64,000 nt of DNA from an uncultured Dictyoglomota bacterium (GCA_964654465.1 CAZZIO010000022.1:1-64000); one strand, 5' to 3'. Positions 19,893-31,030 are shown, counted from the first letter of the stretch. Notes: generated by a model not told the origin, from the sequence alone. Program-made: numbers and translations.

Positions 19893-21129
19893 AAAACTAA
19901 GAATAAATCAAGTCCCTCAAGAAATAGAAATAGCATATAAAAATGAAGAATTTCCATCTATAGAGGAGTTTATTAGAAAAACAAAAGAAGGGAAAATTGT
20001 AGTTCCAGCTAATAAAAAAAGAAAAAGAAATAAATATTATGCTATAGGAGATGGCTGTAGCATAAAAATAAACGCTAATATTGGGGTAACATCGGATTTT
20101 TCAAGTTTTGATCTGGAATTAAAGAAGGCTGAAATTTGTGAAAAATATAATGTGGAATCGGTAATGGATCTTTCTTGTGGCAAATATGCAAAATCCTTTA
20201 GAGAAAAATTAGTAAGAGAATTCAGTTTTTTGGTAGGGAGTGTACCAGTTTATGATATAGCAGTCCGTGCAAAGAATTTTATTAAAACAAAGCCAAAAGA
20301 TTTTCTTGAGGTTTTAGAAGAACATGCAGACTCAGGAGTAGATTTTGTAACTATACATGCAGGAATAAACTTAAGATTGGCAAAAGAATTAGAAAAATCA
20401 CAAAGAATTTTAAATATAGTATCCCGCGGAGGTTCTATGATATATAAATGGATGATAGAAAATCAATCTGAAAATCCTTACTATGAATACTTTGATGAAG
20501 TACTAAAGATACTAAAAAAATACGATGTAACCATAAGCATAGGTGACGCATTTAGGCCAGGATGTATTTTTGATTCAGGTAATAATTTACAGTTTGAGGA
20601 AATATTAGAAGTAAGTAAATTAGCCAAAATAGCCCATGATTATGGTGTACAAGTAATCATTGAGGGTCCTGGTCATATGAAAGCAGATGAAATACCCTAT
20701 ACCATAAAGACCATAAAAAAGATATGTCATGATTTTCCTTTGTATGTCCTTGGACCTCTAACCACTGATATTGCAGCAGGATATGATCACATATCAGGAA
20801 GCATGGGAGCATTAATTGCAGGTTTGAATGGAGCTGATTTTATATGTTATGTAACACCAGCAGAGCATCTAAGATTACCAAATATAGAAGACGTGAAAGA
20901 AGGAATCATCGCCTTTAAAATAGCAGCTCATAGTGTTAACTTGGTGAAAGGATTTAAAAAGAGTATAGAAAGGGATTATACTATGGCTTTAGCAAGAAAA
21001 AATTTAGATTGGGAAAAAATCATAAATACATCTATAGATCCTGATAAAGCAAAAGAATATAGAAAGGATTTATCAATAACCACATGTACTATGTGTGGTG
21101 ATCTTTGTGCAATCAAGAATAGCTCATAA
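19873..21129 (+). CDS. thiC: Phosphomethylpyrimidine synthase
   Basis: KINANIG, MDLS, IVSRGGS, EGPGH, GYDH, CYVTPAEHL, CTMCGDLC. Confidence 0.97.
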   Translation: MEQTILEKLRINQVPQEIEIAYKNEEFPSIEEFIRKTKEGKIVVPANKKRKRNKYYAIGDGCSIKINANIGVTSDFSSFDLELKKAEICEKYNVESVMDLSCGKYAKSFREKLVREFSFLVGSVPVYDIAVRAKNFIKTKPKDFLEVLEEHADSGVDFVTIHAGINLRLAKELEKSQRILNIVSRGGSMIYKWMIENQSENPYYEYFDEVLKILKKYDVTISIGDAFRPGCIFDSGNNLQFEEILEVSKLAKIAHDYGVQVIIEGPGHMKADEIPYTIKTIKKICHDFPLYVLGPLTTDIAAGYDHISGSMGALIAGLNGADFICYVTPAEHLRLPNIEDVKEGIIAFKIAAHSVNLVKGFKKSIERDYTMALARKNLDWEKIINTSIDPDKAKEYRKDLSITTCTMCGDLCAIKNSS

Positions 21130-21904
21130 AAAGAAGATTCTCATAATATCTGGGTATGATCCAACAGGTGGAGCAGGTATTTTATTGGATACAAAAACTA
21201 TTCATCTTCTTAATGGTTATGCTTTAGGAGTACCCACATGCCTTACTATTCAAGATACTCAAAGAGTATATAAAGTTTACGAAATAGATTCCAAATATTT
21301 TATAAAATCTCTCGAGTACTTAATAAATGATGTGAAAGAGATTGATGCAGTAAAAATAGGAGCTTTGTACTCAGAGAAAATTATTAATACTGTGATAGAT
21401 ATTATAATAAAATATAGATTAACTAATATTGTTCTTGATCCAATAATTAAACCAACAAAAGGTACCAAACTACTAAAGAAAAATAGTTTACAAAAATTAG
21501 TTCAACTAATGTCCTTATGTACTATAATAACCCCAAATATTCCCGAAGCAGAGGCACTTTTAAACATCAAGATAGAGACTTTAGAAGATATTAAAACAAC
21601 CATTTTCAATTTAAATAAACAATTTAATATAAAAAATATTGTATTGAAAGGCGGACATCTTCCCATAAATAACAAGGTATATGACATTCTTTATACAAAG
21701 GATAAATATATCTTTTACCCCAAAATTCTTAGACAAAACCTAAATGTACATGGTACAGGTTGTGTTTTCTCTTCAATCTTTGCTTATTATTTATCTAAAG
21801 AAAAAAATATAGAAGATGCCTTTTATAATACTGAATATACATTTGATAAGATCATAAACAATATAATACAAATAGGTCACGGACAAAAGGTATTTAATAT
21901 ATAG
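21107..21904 (+). CDS. thiD: Hydroxymethylpyrimidine/phosphomethylpyrimidine kinase
   Basis: GYDPTGGAGI, TPNIPEA, KGGH, HGTGC; start is GTG 21107 or 21095. Confidence 0.93.
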   Translation: MQSRIAHKKKILIISGYDPTGGAGILLDTKTIHLLNGYALGVPTCLTIQDTQRVYKVYEIDSKYFIKSLEYLINDVKEIDAVKIGALYSEKIINTVIDIIIKYRLTNIVLDPIIKPTKGTKLLKKNSLQKLVQLMSLCTIITPNIPEAEALLNIKIETLEDIKTTIFNLNKQFNIKNIVLKGGHLPINNKVYDILYTKDKYIFYPKILRQNLNVHGTGCVFSSIFAYYLSKEKNIEDAFYNTEYTFDKIINNIIQIGHGQKVFNI

Positions 21905-22203
21905 ATTTTACCACTCCATCCTTATTACTTCTTCTCTAATTCCTGAATCCTTTACCTCCATTAAAATAAAGTGAGGTTATCTTCATATAAATTGCATGAA
22001 ACGCAAGACCTTCCCGCACCTATTTCAGAAATTATATATATCATATGAAAAGGGAAGAAAATTACTGTATTCATATTCCTTATCGCTACTCTACCCAAGA
22101 ATATCCTAACCCCAAATTATATAAAATCAAGCTTTATCTCCAATAATAGCAAAATTAAAGGGAAAAACTATACTAAAACCTTACTTTCCTAATTATTTAA
22201 CCC

Positions 22204-23595
22204 TTAAACTACCATAGCAAATTTTTCCACATTTCTTGGATTTAATAGTTTAATTTCATCTAAGACTTTTTGCAATAATACTTTTAATTCAATTTCTCCA
22301 ATTTTCTTTCTCATTTCATCAAAAATTAGGTCAATTCCGTCCTTAATGAATCCTACTATTTCTTCTTCTGAATATTTTTCCTTTTCTCTATTAAAATAAG
22401 CAAAGTTTGGTATATCCCCTTCAATTATATGGGAAAACATAAATCTGACATCCAAAAAAGAACTATCAATGTAGTTCCTATAAATTTTTATTAACTCATT
22501 ATCTAAATCTTTCTCTTTCATTTCTCTTAAAAACCTTCTCCAGAATATATAAAAGGAATGAATTAAATCTAACTTTTTATCTTCTGATATGTCAATTATA
22601 TGTTTATCTGTGATTAAGTCCACAATTATAGATTGCGTCTCTATTTTATCAAGTAAAGAATAATGAAATACTTGTTTTAAGGATCTCTCCCCATTAAAAA
22701 ATAATGAAACTATCAACTCATTAGAATTTAGTTTTCTATTAGCAGGAACATATATATTATCACCTTTCTCACCCAATAAAATGGAAAATTGTTCCAATTT
22801 TTTCCTGTCAGATGGCATCTTTATCTGCTTGTTTAAAACTTCAAAAGCCTCCCTAAAAAATACCTCTATCTTACTCTCAGGAAACTTCACAATATTTCTA
22901 TAAAAGTAATGCCAAGAAATCTTCTCTGAAGACGTTATATCTTCTACGATAAAAGCAAGCTCTTCTTGCATATCTGAAATAAAATCTTTAATAACCTTTC
23001 TAAGAGTCCTTTCATTTATCCCTATTTTGTTTCCTTCTTCTAAGAGATATCTCCAACGTCTCCAAAAAGTATACAGAAGGAAGACCCTACTATCCTCTTC
23101 AGGATATATTAACTTTTTCTCTTTTATAAGCTTTTTAATTATCTCTAAGCTCCTATACTCTCCTAAGGGAGAATTCAAAAGCACCTCTCTAACATTTAAG
23201 ATACCATCAAAAGATGAAGCCACCACTTCTTCTTCTAAAGCTAAACCATCTACTCTTACTGGTAATAGCATAAAGTCGCCAAGATAATTTACTAAGTCTA
23301 TATAAACTGACACATTAATAAGCACTTCTAAAGGATCTAAATTTAAAAGCTTTTGGGAAATTTTTTCTTCAGGATGAAAAACAAAATCCCCCTTATCCCA
23401 TAATACAATACCTAACAAGGCATCATATCCTTCAATAAACCCTGATCTTACATCTACAATCTTTCCATTTTCTATAAAGATTTCTGCTTTTTTAATTCCA
23501 TTATCTATTTCCAATTTACCCGTTTTTTTCCCTATAGATATAGTCTGTAGAATCTCCCATAAAGGAATACTTTGTAAATTACCTTTAAGTCCCAC
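22204..23595 (-). CDS. DUF4388 (PatA-N) domain protein with duplicated wHTH-like module
   Basis: N-terminal LKGNL..IPLWEILQ...KKTGKL...W..G.F.F; paralog of 60390..61799. Confidence 0.75.
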   Translation of the reverse strand: MGLKGNLQSIPLWEILQTISIGKKTGKLEIDNGIKKAEIFIENGKIVDVRSGFIEGYDALLGIVLWDKGDFVFHPEEKISQKLLNLDPLEVLINVSVYIDLVNYLGDFMLLPVRVDGLALEEEVVASSFDGILNVREVLLNSPLGEYRSLEIIKKLIKEKKLIYPEEDSRVFLLYTFWRRWRYLLEEGNKIGINERTLRKVIKDFISDMQEELAFIVEDITSSEKISWHYFYRNIVKFPESKIEVFFREAFEVLNKQIKMPSDRKKLEQFSILLGEKGDNIYVPANRKLNSNELIVSLFFNGERSLKQVFHYSLLDKIETQSIIVDLITDKHIIDISEDKKLDLIHSFYIFWRRFLREMKEKDLDNELIKIYRNYIDSSFLDVRFMFSHIIEGDIPNFAYFNREKEKYSEEEIVGFIKDGIDLIFDEMRKKIGEIELKVLLQKVLDEIKLLNPRNVEKFAMVV

Positions 23596-23662
23596 AAATT
23601 TTCCCTCCTTCTAAAATTTTCTTTCTCCCTCTACCCCCCTCCCAGAGATTTTTATAACATTC

Positions 23663-24649
23663 TTATCTTATTATTCCCATTTTTTTCTTTCTATATTGAT
23701 CAAATATAATAGCAGCAATTATAATTGCACCAATAGCTGATGGTTGCCAATAGGCTGGAAAACCTAAAAGTACCATTCCAGTTCTCAAAACTTGCATTAT
23801 TGCTGCACCAATAATTACTCCTAAAACAGTACCCTCACCTCCAGTAAGAGAAGCTCCTCCTATAACAGCTGCAGCAATAACATCTAACTCATAACCACTA
23901 GCTGCAGTAGGTGCTGCCACACCTAACCTTGCAGTCATTAATATTCCACCAATTGCCGTTAGAATTCCACATAGAGTATAAACGAGTATTTTCACTCTTC
24001 CTGTATTAATACCAGAAAGCCTTGCTGCTTGCTCATTTCCACCCACTGCATAGATTCTGTATCCCCATGAGGTCCTATTAAGAAAAATTGAGGTTATTAT
24101 ACCTAAAATTATCATAAAAACAACAGGAAGAGGAATACCAACACCTAAAAAGGGTATATCATACTGACCTAAAATATTAAAACTCCTTGGTAAATCTCTA
24201 ACAGGCCATCCTCCAGTAATCCCATAACAGAATCCCCTTGCTATATTCATGGTACCCAGGGTTGCTATAAATGGAGGCAAATTTGTTTTACTTATAAGGA
24301 GACCATTAATAAAACCAATAAATGCTCCTATCAATATACCTCCTATAATCGATAGAAATACACCAAAATTAGCCTTTAGCATCATTGCAGTTATTAAACC
24401 AGACATAGCCATAACCGATCCAACCGATAAATCGATACCACCAGTTATAATAACCATTAAAATTCCAAAACCACTTATCGCAATCCATGAAAAGGCACGC
24501 AATATATTAAAAATATTTGTTGAAGTTAAGAAGGTTTCAGTAGTTAAACTTAAAAAAAGACATAAAACAAAAAGAATGATTAATATGCCAATCTCTTGCA
24601 TTCTTATCGTTTTTAATATCCCTCTTTTATCTTTAGAGGCTTCCTTCAT
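23663..24649 (-). CDS. Sugar ABC transporter permease (RbsC/CUT2 family)
   Basis: [41 protein letters not shown]. Confidence 0.93.
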   Translation of the reverse strand: MKEASKDKRGILKTIRMQEIGILIILFVLCLFLSLTTETFLTSTNIFNILRAFSWIAISGFGILMVIITGGIDLSVGSVMAMSGLITAMMLKANFGVFLSIIGGILIGAFIGFINGLLISKTNLPPFIATLGTMNIARGFCYGITGGWPVRDLPRSFNILGQYDIPFLGVGIPLPVVFMIILGIITSIFLNRTSWGYRIYAVGGNEQAARLSGINTGRVKILVYTLCGILTAIGGILMTARLGVAAPTAASGYELDVIAAAVIGGASLTGGEGTVLGVIIGAAIMQVLRTGMVLLGFPAYWQPSAIGAIIIAAIIFDQYRKKKMGIIR

Positions 24650-24676
24650 TGTAATACCTCCCTCCGATATAGAAAA

Positions 24677-26179
24677 TTAGTAACTACCAGATGCATAAGC
24701 CATTATTTTTTCCTGTGTTGCTTCACTTCTTGGTAGCTCTGCTACAATCTTTCCCTCACTCATAACAAGAATTCTATCACTCATAGCAAGAATCTCTGGA
24801 ATCTCTGAAGATATCATAATAATTCCTATTCCAGTTTTAGCAAGCTGACTCATTATTGCGTGAATTTCAGCTTTTGCACCTACATCTATACCCCTTGTTG
24901 GTTCATCTAATATCAATACCTTAGGATTTGATGCGAGCCATTTTGCAAGAACAACTTTTTGTTGATTTCCACCTGACAGATATAAAACTTTTTCAAAAAT
25001 ACTTGGAGTTTTAATATTCAATCTCTTTACGAAATTTTCTGCTATCTCGGTAAGTTTATTCTTATCTATAAAACCCAAAAATTTCAAGATCTTCCTAATG
25101 ATTGTAACTCCAATATTTTCTCTTACAGACATCTTTAATATCAAACCTTGATTTTGTCTATCTTCTGGAACTAAGCCAATACCATGTTTTACTGCGTCTT
25201 CCGGTGATTGAATCTCAACTTTTTCTCCATTTAAGTATATTTCACCTGAAATCTTAGGATCTGCACCAAAAATTAATCTTACGAGTTCCGTTCTACCAGA
25301 ACCCACCAATCCTGCTATACCAAGAATTTCACCCTCATATAGAGTAAAACTTACATCCTTTATTATCTCACTTTTTAAGTTCTTAACGTCAAGAAGAGGT
25401 TTACCTTTAGAAACCTCTTCCTTTTTAAACATATCTCCAAGGGGCCTGTTTACCATAAGATATATGACTTTATCAAAAGTAGCCTCATCCCTACTCATTA
25501 ATCCAACCATTTTTCCATCTCTGAGGATTGTTATTCTATCTGCTATTTTAAATATTTCTTCTAGCCTATGAGAGATAAATATAATAGCAATACCGTGCTC
25601 TTTCAGCTGTCTAATAATTTCAAATAGTTTTTCAACTTCCTCAGGACCTAAAGCAGAGGTTGGTTCGTCCATAATGATTATCTTTGCATCAAGAGATAGA
25701 GCCTTAGCTATTTCTACCATTTGTCTTTGAGCCACCGAAAGATTTTTTACCAATTCCTTAGGATCAATATTAGCTCCTACTCTATCAAGAATCTCTTTTG
25801 CTCTCTTTTCCATTTCCTTCTTATCTACAAAACCTAATTTCCCTAATATTCCTTTTCTTTTAATTTCTCTTCCCAAAAAGATATTCTGAGCTACAGTTTG
25901 ATTCGGGGTGACATTTAATTCCTGATATATAGTACTGATACCCAAAAGTTGAGCATGATATGGATCCTGAATTTCTACCCTTTTTCCATCTACATAAATC
26001 CTTCCTGCATCCTTTCTATAAGCACCACTAAGGATTTTCATTAATGTAGATTTTCCGGCACCATTTTCCCCAACAAGAGCCATAACCTCACCACTATAAG
26101 CCTCAAAATCTACCCTATCTAATGCTTGAACTCCTGGAAATGTTTTAGATATTCCTTCCATTCTAAGTATTGGTTCCAA
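24677..26179 (-). CDS. Sugar ABC transporter ATP-binding protein (tandem NBD)
   Basis: GENGAGKST, LSGGNQQK, DEPTRGIDVGAK; TTG start after GAGGAGGTG. Confidence 0.95.
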   Translation of the reverse strand: MEPILRMEGISKTFPGVQALDRVDFEAYSGEVMALVGENGAGKSTLMKILSGAYRKDAGRIYVDGKRVEIQDPYHAQLLGISTIYQELNVTPNQTVAQNIFLGREIKRKGILGKLGFVDKKEMEKRAKEILDRVGANIDPKELVKNLSVAQRQMVEIAKALSLDAKIIIMDEPTSALGPEEVEKLFEIIRQLKEHGIAIIFISHRLEEIFKIADRITILRDGKMVGLMSRDEATFDKVIYLMVNRPLGDMFKKEEVSKGKPLLDVKNLKSEIIKDVSFTLYEGEILGIAGLVGSGRTELVRLIFGADPKISGEIYLNGEKVEIQSPEDAVKHGIGLVPEDRQNQGLILKMSVRENIGVTIIRKILKFLGFIDKNKLTEIAENFVKRLNIKTPSIFEKVLYLSGGNQQKVVLAKWLASNPKVLILDEPTRGIDVGAKAEIHAIMSQLAKTGIGIIMISSEIPEILAMSDRILVMSEGKIVAELPRSEATQEKIMAYASGSY

Positions 26180-26205
26180 ATTTTGTCACCTCCTCTAAAC
26201 CAATA

Positions 26206-26234
26206 GGGGGTACAAAGAATATCTTTGTACCCCC
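26206..26234 (-). terminator. 13-bp intercistronic hairpin after SBP gene
   Basis: GGGGGTACAAAGA-3nt-TCTTTGTACCCCC. Confidence 0.7.
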
Positions 26235-26270
26235 ACTCTTTATTAATCTAAAAAACTAACTCACTTTTTA

Positions 26271-27266
26271 TTAAAATGCAGGTGGAAGTGGAGTTTTGAA
26301 ATCTTTCAATAGCCATGCTCTTATCATCGCATCTACATTCTTTTTAGTAACAATATCAAAACCAGTATCTATCCATTCAGGGAATTTTTCGTTATTTACA
26401 ACTTTTCTATAAAGGATATCTATAGCATCATAACCCCATCCCCAATATTTTTGACCAACAAGACCTACAAGATATCCCTCTTTCAAAAGTTGTAACTCTA
26501 CTGGTAATGTGTCAAAAGCAACAGTAAATACTTTCTTTGCCTTTGCAGCTTTTTCCCAAAGTGGCATAGATCCTCTCTCTGCAAAGAGAGGCCAAAGTCC
26601 TACAAAGAACCATCCCTTTAACTTAGGATATTTCTGCATAGTCTCTTCTACTACTTGAACTCCCCTATTAATGTCATCATAACATGCTACAGTAGTTACT
26701 ATCTTAATCTTAGGATATTTCTTTATTTCATCTCTAAATCCTCTCATTCTCTCTTCCAAATTAAGAGCACCAGGTACTCCAGTAAGCATCGCCACATCCC
26801 CACTTGTTCCCATAGCTTTAACTAATAATTTTGCTGCCCATTTTCCACCCTCATAATTGTTTACACCAAGGTAAGTAAATCTCTTACTCTCTGGCGAATC
26901 AGCATCAAAGGTCATAACAGGTATACCTGCTTCTACCGCTTTATTAATGACATCTATTAATGCTGTGGGATCATTACAAGAAATAGCTATTCCATCCACT
27001 TTCCTTGCTACAACATCTTCCACTACTCTTGCTTGTTCTGTAGCATCAGATGCTACAGAAGCCACATAAAGAATTTCTACCTTATATGGCCCCTTCTTTG
27101 AAAGTTCCTCTGCTCTCTTGAAAGCACCATCTCTTCCAAGTTCAAAAACCGGATTGTTTAATGCCTTTGGAATCCATGCAAAAACAAGTTTTTTAGGAGT
27201 TTGAGCCGTTGTAGCCATTAAAAGAAATACAAAAACAATAAACACAATCATCAACAACCTCTTCAT
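26271..27266 (-). CDS. Sugar ABC transporter periplasmic binding protein
   Basis: SD GGGGGTG then ATG 27266; signal peptide; [27 protein letters not shown]. Confidence 0.92.
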   Translation of the reverse strand: MKRLLMIVFIVFVFLLMATTAQTPKKLVFAWIPKALNNPVFELGRDGAFKRAEELSKKGPYKVEILYVASVASDATEQARVVEDVVARKVDGIAISCNDPTALIDVINKAVEAGIPVMTFDADSPESKRFTYLGVNNYEGGKWAAKLLVKAMGTSGDVAMLTGVPGALNLEERMRGFRDEIKKYPKIKIVTTVACYDDINRGVQVVEETMQKYPKLKGWFFVGLWPLFAERGSMPLWEKAAKAKKVFTVAFDTLPVELQLLKEGYLVGLVGQKYWGWGYDAIDILYRKVVNNEKFPEWIDTGFDIVTKKNVDAMIRAWLLKDFKTPLPPAF

Positions 27267-27313
27267 ATAAAGCACCCCCTATTAATAATATTTTGTGAAC
27301 AAAATTTACAAAA

Positions 27314-27327
27314 GGAAAACGTTTACC
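27314..27327. promoter_or_regulatory. LacI/CcpA-type operator candidate
   Basis: Near-palindrome GGAAAACGTTTACC in the leader of the sugar ABC operon. Confidence 0.65.
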
Positions 27328-27459
27328 CTACATTAGATTCTTATCTACCCTCTTATATCCTCTCTCATCCCCTTCCCATATAATTATTTTCAGAAAACAT
27401 TATAACATCAGTCTAATAATTTTTCAATTTTAAATTAAAAATCGATATAGTAAAGAATA

Positions 27460-27583
27460 GGCAATTTGATAAGACTTCATTTTGGTACTTCATTTTATAA
27501 ACATCATGCGTTAACTTTTCCTGTTATACCTTTAGTAGATTTATTAAGAACTACAGTTTTTAAAATATACTCTCTTTTTCCAT
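27460..27583 (-). pseudogene. Possible eroded 5' fragment of an OppD/F-type ABC ATPase
   Basis: Strong SD GGGGAGG + ATG; across frameshifts reads MEKE/YILKTV.LNK..KGITGKVNA/DV....YQNEVLS. Confidence 0.4.
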
Positions 27584-27687
27584 AAAAGAATTTACCTCCC
27601 CTACCATTAGGGATAATTCAACTAATGTTTTGTGTCATTTATATCCTTTTTATGCTATATTTATTAAAAAAATCGTGAGGTGATAAT

Positions 27688-29868
27688 ATGCCTATAATAT
27701 ACGATGAGAATAACAAAATCTTTCATCTAATTTCTGGAAATTCCAGTTATATAATGAAAAATTTTAAGAACAAATATTTAGTCCACTTATATTGGGGAAA
27801 AAAATTAAATCATTCAGACTTTTCTGAAGCTTTTATAACTTCTCCCTTTGGAGCAAATCCTGATCCTAATGATAAAACTTACACTTTAGATAGAATGCTA
27901 TTAGAATATCCAGCCTATGGAAATTCAGATTTTAGACATCCTGCATATCAAATAGAACAAGAAGATGGATCAAGAATTACAAACCTTATATTTAAAGATT
28001 ACAAGATTTATAAAGGAAAACCAAAGCTCCAAGGACTACCAGCAACTTATGTGGAAGACGAAAATGAAGCAGAAACCCTTGAAATAGAGCTCATAGATGA
28101 TCTTATTAATCTAAGAGTTATTCTCCTATATACAGCATTTAGAGACTACAATGTTATTACAAGAAGTGCTAAGTTTATAAATGATGGGAATCAAAAATTA
28201 AAAATATTAAGAGCTTTAAGTACTTGTGTAGATTTTGATCACTGTAAGTTTGACCTTTTACATCTTTGGGGATCATGGGCAAGAGAAAGATATATAGAAA
28301 GAACTCCTTTAATGCAGGGTATAAAGACCATTGAAAGTTCACGAGGAGAAAGCTCTCACCAACATAATCCATTTATTGCTCTACTTTCTAAAGACGCAGA
28401 TGAAAAACACGGAGACGTATATGGCTTTAGTCTAGTATATAGTGGAAACTTTTCAGCTAATATAGAAGTAGATCAATTTAATACTACAAGAGTAACCATG
28501 GGGATAAATCCATTTGAATTTACTTGGATATTAAAAAAAGGAGAGACCTTTCAAACACCAGAAGTAGTAATGGTCTATTCTTCTGAAGGTTTGGGAGAAA
28601 TGTCAAGAACCTATCATAGGCTATATCGTAAAAGACTTTGTAGAGGTGAATATAGAGACAAAAGAAGACCTATTCTTGTGAATACATGGGAAGCAGTTTA
28701 TTTCAATATTAATGAAGATAAACTCTTAGCTCTTGCTCAAAAGGCAAAAGAGTTAGGAATAGAACTTTTTGTCTTAGATGATGGATGGTTTGGCAAAAGG
28801 GATGATGACACTAGCTCTCTTGGGGATTGGTATGTGGATAGAAGAAAATTACCAAACGGGCTTGATGGTCTTAGTAAAAAATTAAATGAAATGGGGTTAA
28901 AATTTGGACTATGGTTTGAACCAGAAATGGTTTCACCAAACAGTGAGCTTTATAAAAAACATCCTGATTGGTGCATACAAGTCCAAGGAAGGACATTATC
29001 TCAATGTAGAAATCAGTATGTTCTCGACATAACACGAGAAGAAGTAAGAAAGGAAATTCTTAAAATGATGAAGGAAATTATAAGAAACACCCCTATTGAA
29101 TATATAAAATGGGATATGAATAGACCTCTAACAGAAGTAGGCTCTCTTGCCCTTCCTCCAGAAAAACAAAAAGAAGTATTTCATAGATATGTTTTAGCAT
29201 TATACGAAATGATGGAAGAGTTAACAGCAGAATTTCCACATATTCTTTTTGAAGGTTGTTCAGGTGGAGGAGGAAGATTTGATCCTGGAATCCTATATTA
29301 TATGCCTCAAATATGGACTAGTGATAATACTGATGCTATAGAAAGATTAAAGATTCAGTGGGGAACAAGTATTGTGTATCCTGCATCCACTATGGGTGCC
29401 CACGTGTCTGCGGTACCTAATCACCAAGTTGGGAGAATTACACCTCTTAAGACAAGAGGATATGTAGCAATGTCAGGTGTTTTTGGATATGAAATGGACC
29501 TTACTAAATTAACAAAGGAAGAGGAAGAAATAATAAAAGATCAAATAGAATTCTATAAAAAGATATGGCATATAGTTTTTGAAGGAGATCTATATAGATT
29601 AATAAGCCCATTCGAAGAAAATGCTGCGTCTTGGATGTTTGTTACTCCGGATAAAAAAGAGGCCTTTGTAATATATGTAAATATCTTAGCTTTTCCTAAT
29701 CCACCCTTTTTAAAGCTCAAATTGGACGGACTTGATCCTAACAAAATATATAAAATAGAGGGAACCAATAGAGAATTTTATGGTGATGAATTAATGAATA
29801 TAGGAATTAATATACCCCCAATGAAAGATTTTGAATCTTTTGCATTCATACTAAAATCAAAAGAATAA
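27688..29868 (+). CDS. Alpha-galactosidase, GH36
   Basis: SSHQHNPF, NTWEA, LDDGWF, GLWFEPEM, KWDMN, CSGGGGRFD, WTSDNTD. Confidence 0.96.
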   Translation: MPIIYDENNKIFHLISGNSSYIMKNFKNKYLVHLYWGKKLNHSDFSEAFITSPFGANPDPNDKTYTLDRMLLEYPAYGNSDFRHPAYQIEQEDGSRITNLIFKDYKIYKGKPKLQGLPATYVEDENEAETLEIELIDDLINLRVILLYTAFRDYNVITRSAKFINDGNQKLKILRALSTCVDFDHCKFDLLHLWGSWARERYIERTPLMQGIKTIESSRGESSHQHNPFIALLSKDADEKHGDVYGFSLVYSGNFSANIEVDQFNTTRVTMGINPFEFTWILKKGETFQTPEVVMVYSSEGLGEMSRTYHRLYRKRLCRGEYRDKRRPILVNTWEAVYFNINEDKLLALAQKAKELGIELFVLDDGWFGKRDDDTSSLGDWYVDRRKLPNGLDGLSKKLNEMGLKFGLWFEPEMVSPNSELYKKHPDWCIQVQGRTLSQCRNQYVLDITREEVRKEILKMMKEIIRNTPIEYIKWDMNRPLTEVGSLALPPEKQKEVFHRYVLALYEMMEELTAEFPHILFEGCSGGGGRFDPGILYYMPQIWTSDNTDAIERLKIQWGTSIVYPASTMGAHVSAVPNHQVGRITPLKTRGYVAMSGVFGYEMDLTKLTKEEEEIIKDQIEFYKKIWHIVFEGDLYRLISPFEENAASWMFVTPDKKEAFVIYVNILAFPNPPFLKLKLDGLDPNKIYKIEGTNREFYGDELMNIGINIPPMKDFESFAFILKSKE

Positions 29869-29885
29869 AGGAGGATAAACCTAAT

Positions 29886-30086
29886 ATGAAAGTAATATTT
29901 AGAAGAGAAAATGAAATAAAAGAAATAAAAGGAAATTACAAAGTAAATGAAATACTTAAAATTTTAAATATAAATCCAGAAACCGTCATTGTAGTAAAGG
30001 GAGATGAAATTGTTACACCTGACAAATTAATAAAAGATGATGAAGAAATAGAAATCATACCCGTTATATCTGGAGGAAGTATATAA
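29886..30086 (+). CDS. ttuB: Ubiquitin-like sulfur carrier (TtuB/MoaD/ThiS family) with Ser-Ile extension after GG
   Basis: 66 aa beta-grasp pattern, ends IEIIPVISGG-SI; TAATG-coupled to TtuA homolog. Confidence 0.85.
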   Translation: MKVIFRRENEIKEIKGNYKVNEILKILNINPETVIVVKGDEIVTPDKLIKDDEEIEIIPVISGGSI

Positions 30087-31030
30087 TGAAATGCATAAAA
30101 TGCAAAAATGAAGCAAACATATACATAAGGCGCCATAATAGTGCCTTCTGTAAAGATCATTTTATTGAATATGTATTTCATCAAACAGAAAAGGCAATAA
30201 AGCAATATAAAATGTTTACCCAAGAGGAAAAAATTTTAGTTGCCGTCTCAGGAGGAAAGGATAGTTTAGCTTTATGGGATATTCTTATATCCTTAGGATA
30301 TAAAGCAGATGGCATGTATATAGATCTTGGTATCGGCGAATATTCTGAAAAATCTAAAGAAAAGGTTAAAAAATACGCCAATACCAAAGATCAAAAATTA
30401 CATATAATTTCTCTAAAAGAGATTTATGGGATCGGAATTGAAGAAATAGCCAAAAGAAATAAAAAAGTCCCCTGCTCTACTTGTGGAGTAATTAAAAGAT
30501 ATATAATGAATTTAACTGCAAGAGAATTAGGTTATAGTGTAATAACCACTGGCCATAATTTAGATGATGAGGCTGCTACACTTCTTGGTAATATCCTACA
30601 CTGGCAAATAGATTATTTAGAGGTCCAAGAACCTATTCATAAAGAGGAGAAATATTTTGTAAGAAAAGTAAAACCTCTATACAGACTAACAGAAATGGAA
30701 ACATCTTCGTACTGCTTAATAAAAAAGATAGATTACATAATAGATGAATGCCCTATGTCTTATGATGCAAGATCTCTTATGTTTAAAGAAGTCCTTAATA
30801 TATTAGAAAACAAATCTCCTGGGACAAAAGAACATTTTTATTATGGATTTTTAGAAAAGGGTATTAAATATATCAAAAGCCAAGAAAAAAAATTAGAATT
30901 AAAAAATTGTCAAATCTGTGGAGAACCTACAACTAAGGATATATGTGTATTCTGTAAGCAAATGGAAAAAGCCCACCTAAATTCCTTAGATATAAAAAAT
31001 GCCATAAAAAGGATTAAATTACAACAATAG
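30086..31030 (+). CDS. ttuA: tRNA 2-thiolation enzyme TtuA (PP-loop, Ncs6/TtcA family)
   Basis: N-terminal CxxC..CxxH, SGGKDS, CSTC, GHNLDDE, ECP, C-terminal CxxC..CxxC. Confidence 0.9.
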   Translation: MKCIKCKNEANIYIRRHNSAFCKDHFIEYVFHQTEKAIKQYKMFTQEEKILVAVSGGKDSLALWDILISLGYKADGMYIDLGIGEYSEKSKEKVKKYANTKDQKLHIISLKEIYGIGIEEIAKRNKKVPCSTCGVIKRYIMNLTARELGYSVITTGHNLDDEAATLLGNILHWQIDYLEVQEPIHKEEKYFVRKVKPLYRLTEMETSSYCLIKKIDYIIDECPMSYDARSLMFKEVLNILENKSPGTKEHFYYGFLEKGIKYIKSQEKKLELKNCQICGEPTTKDICVFCKQMEKAHLNSLDIKNAIKRIKLQQ

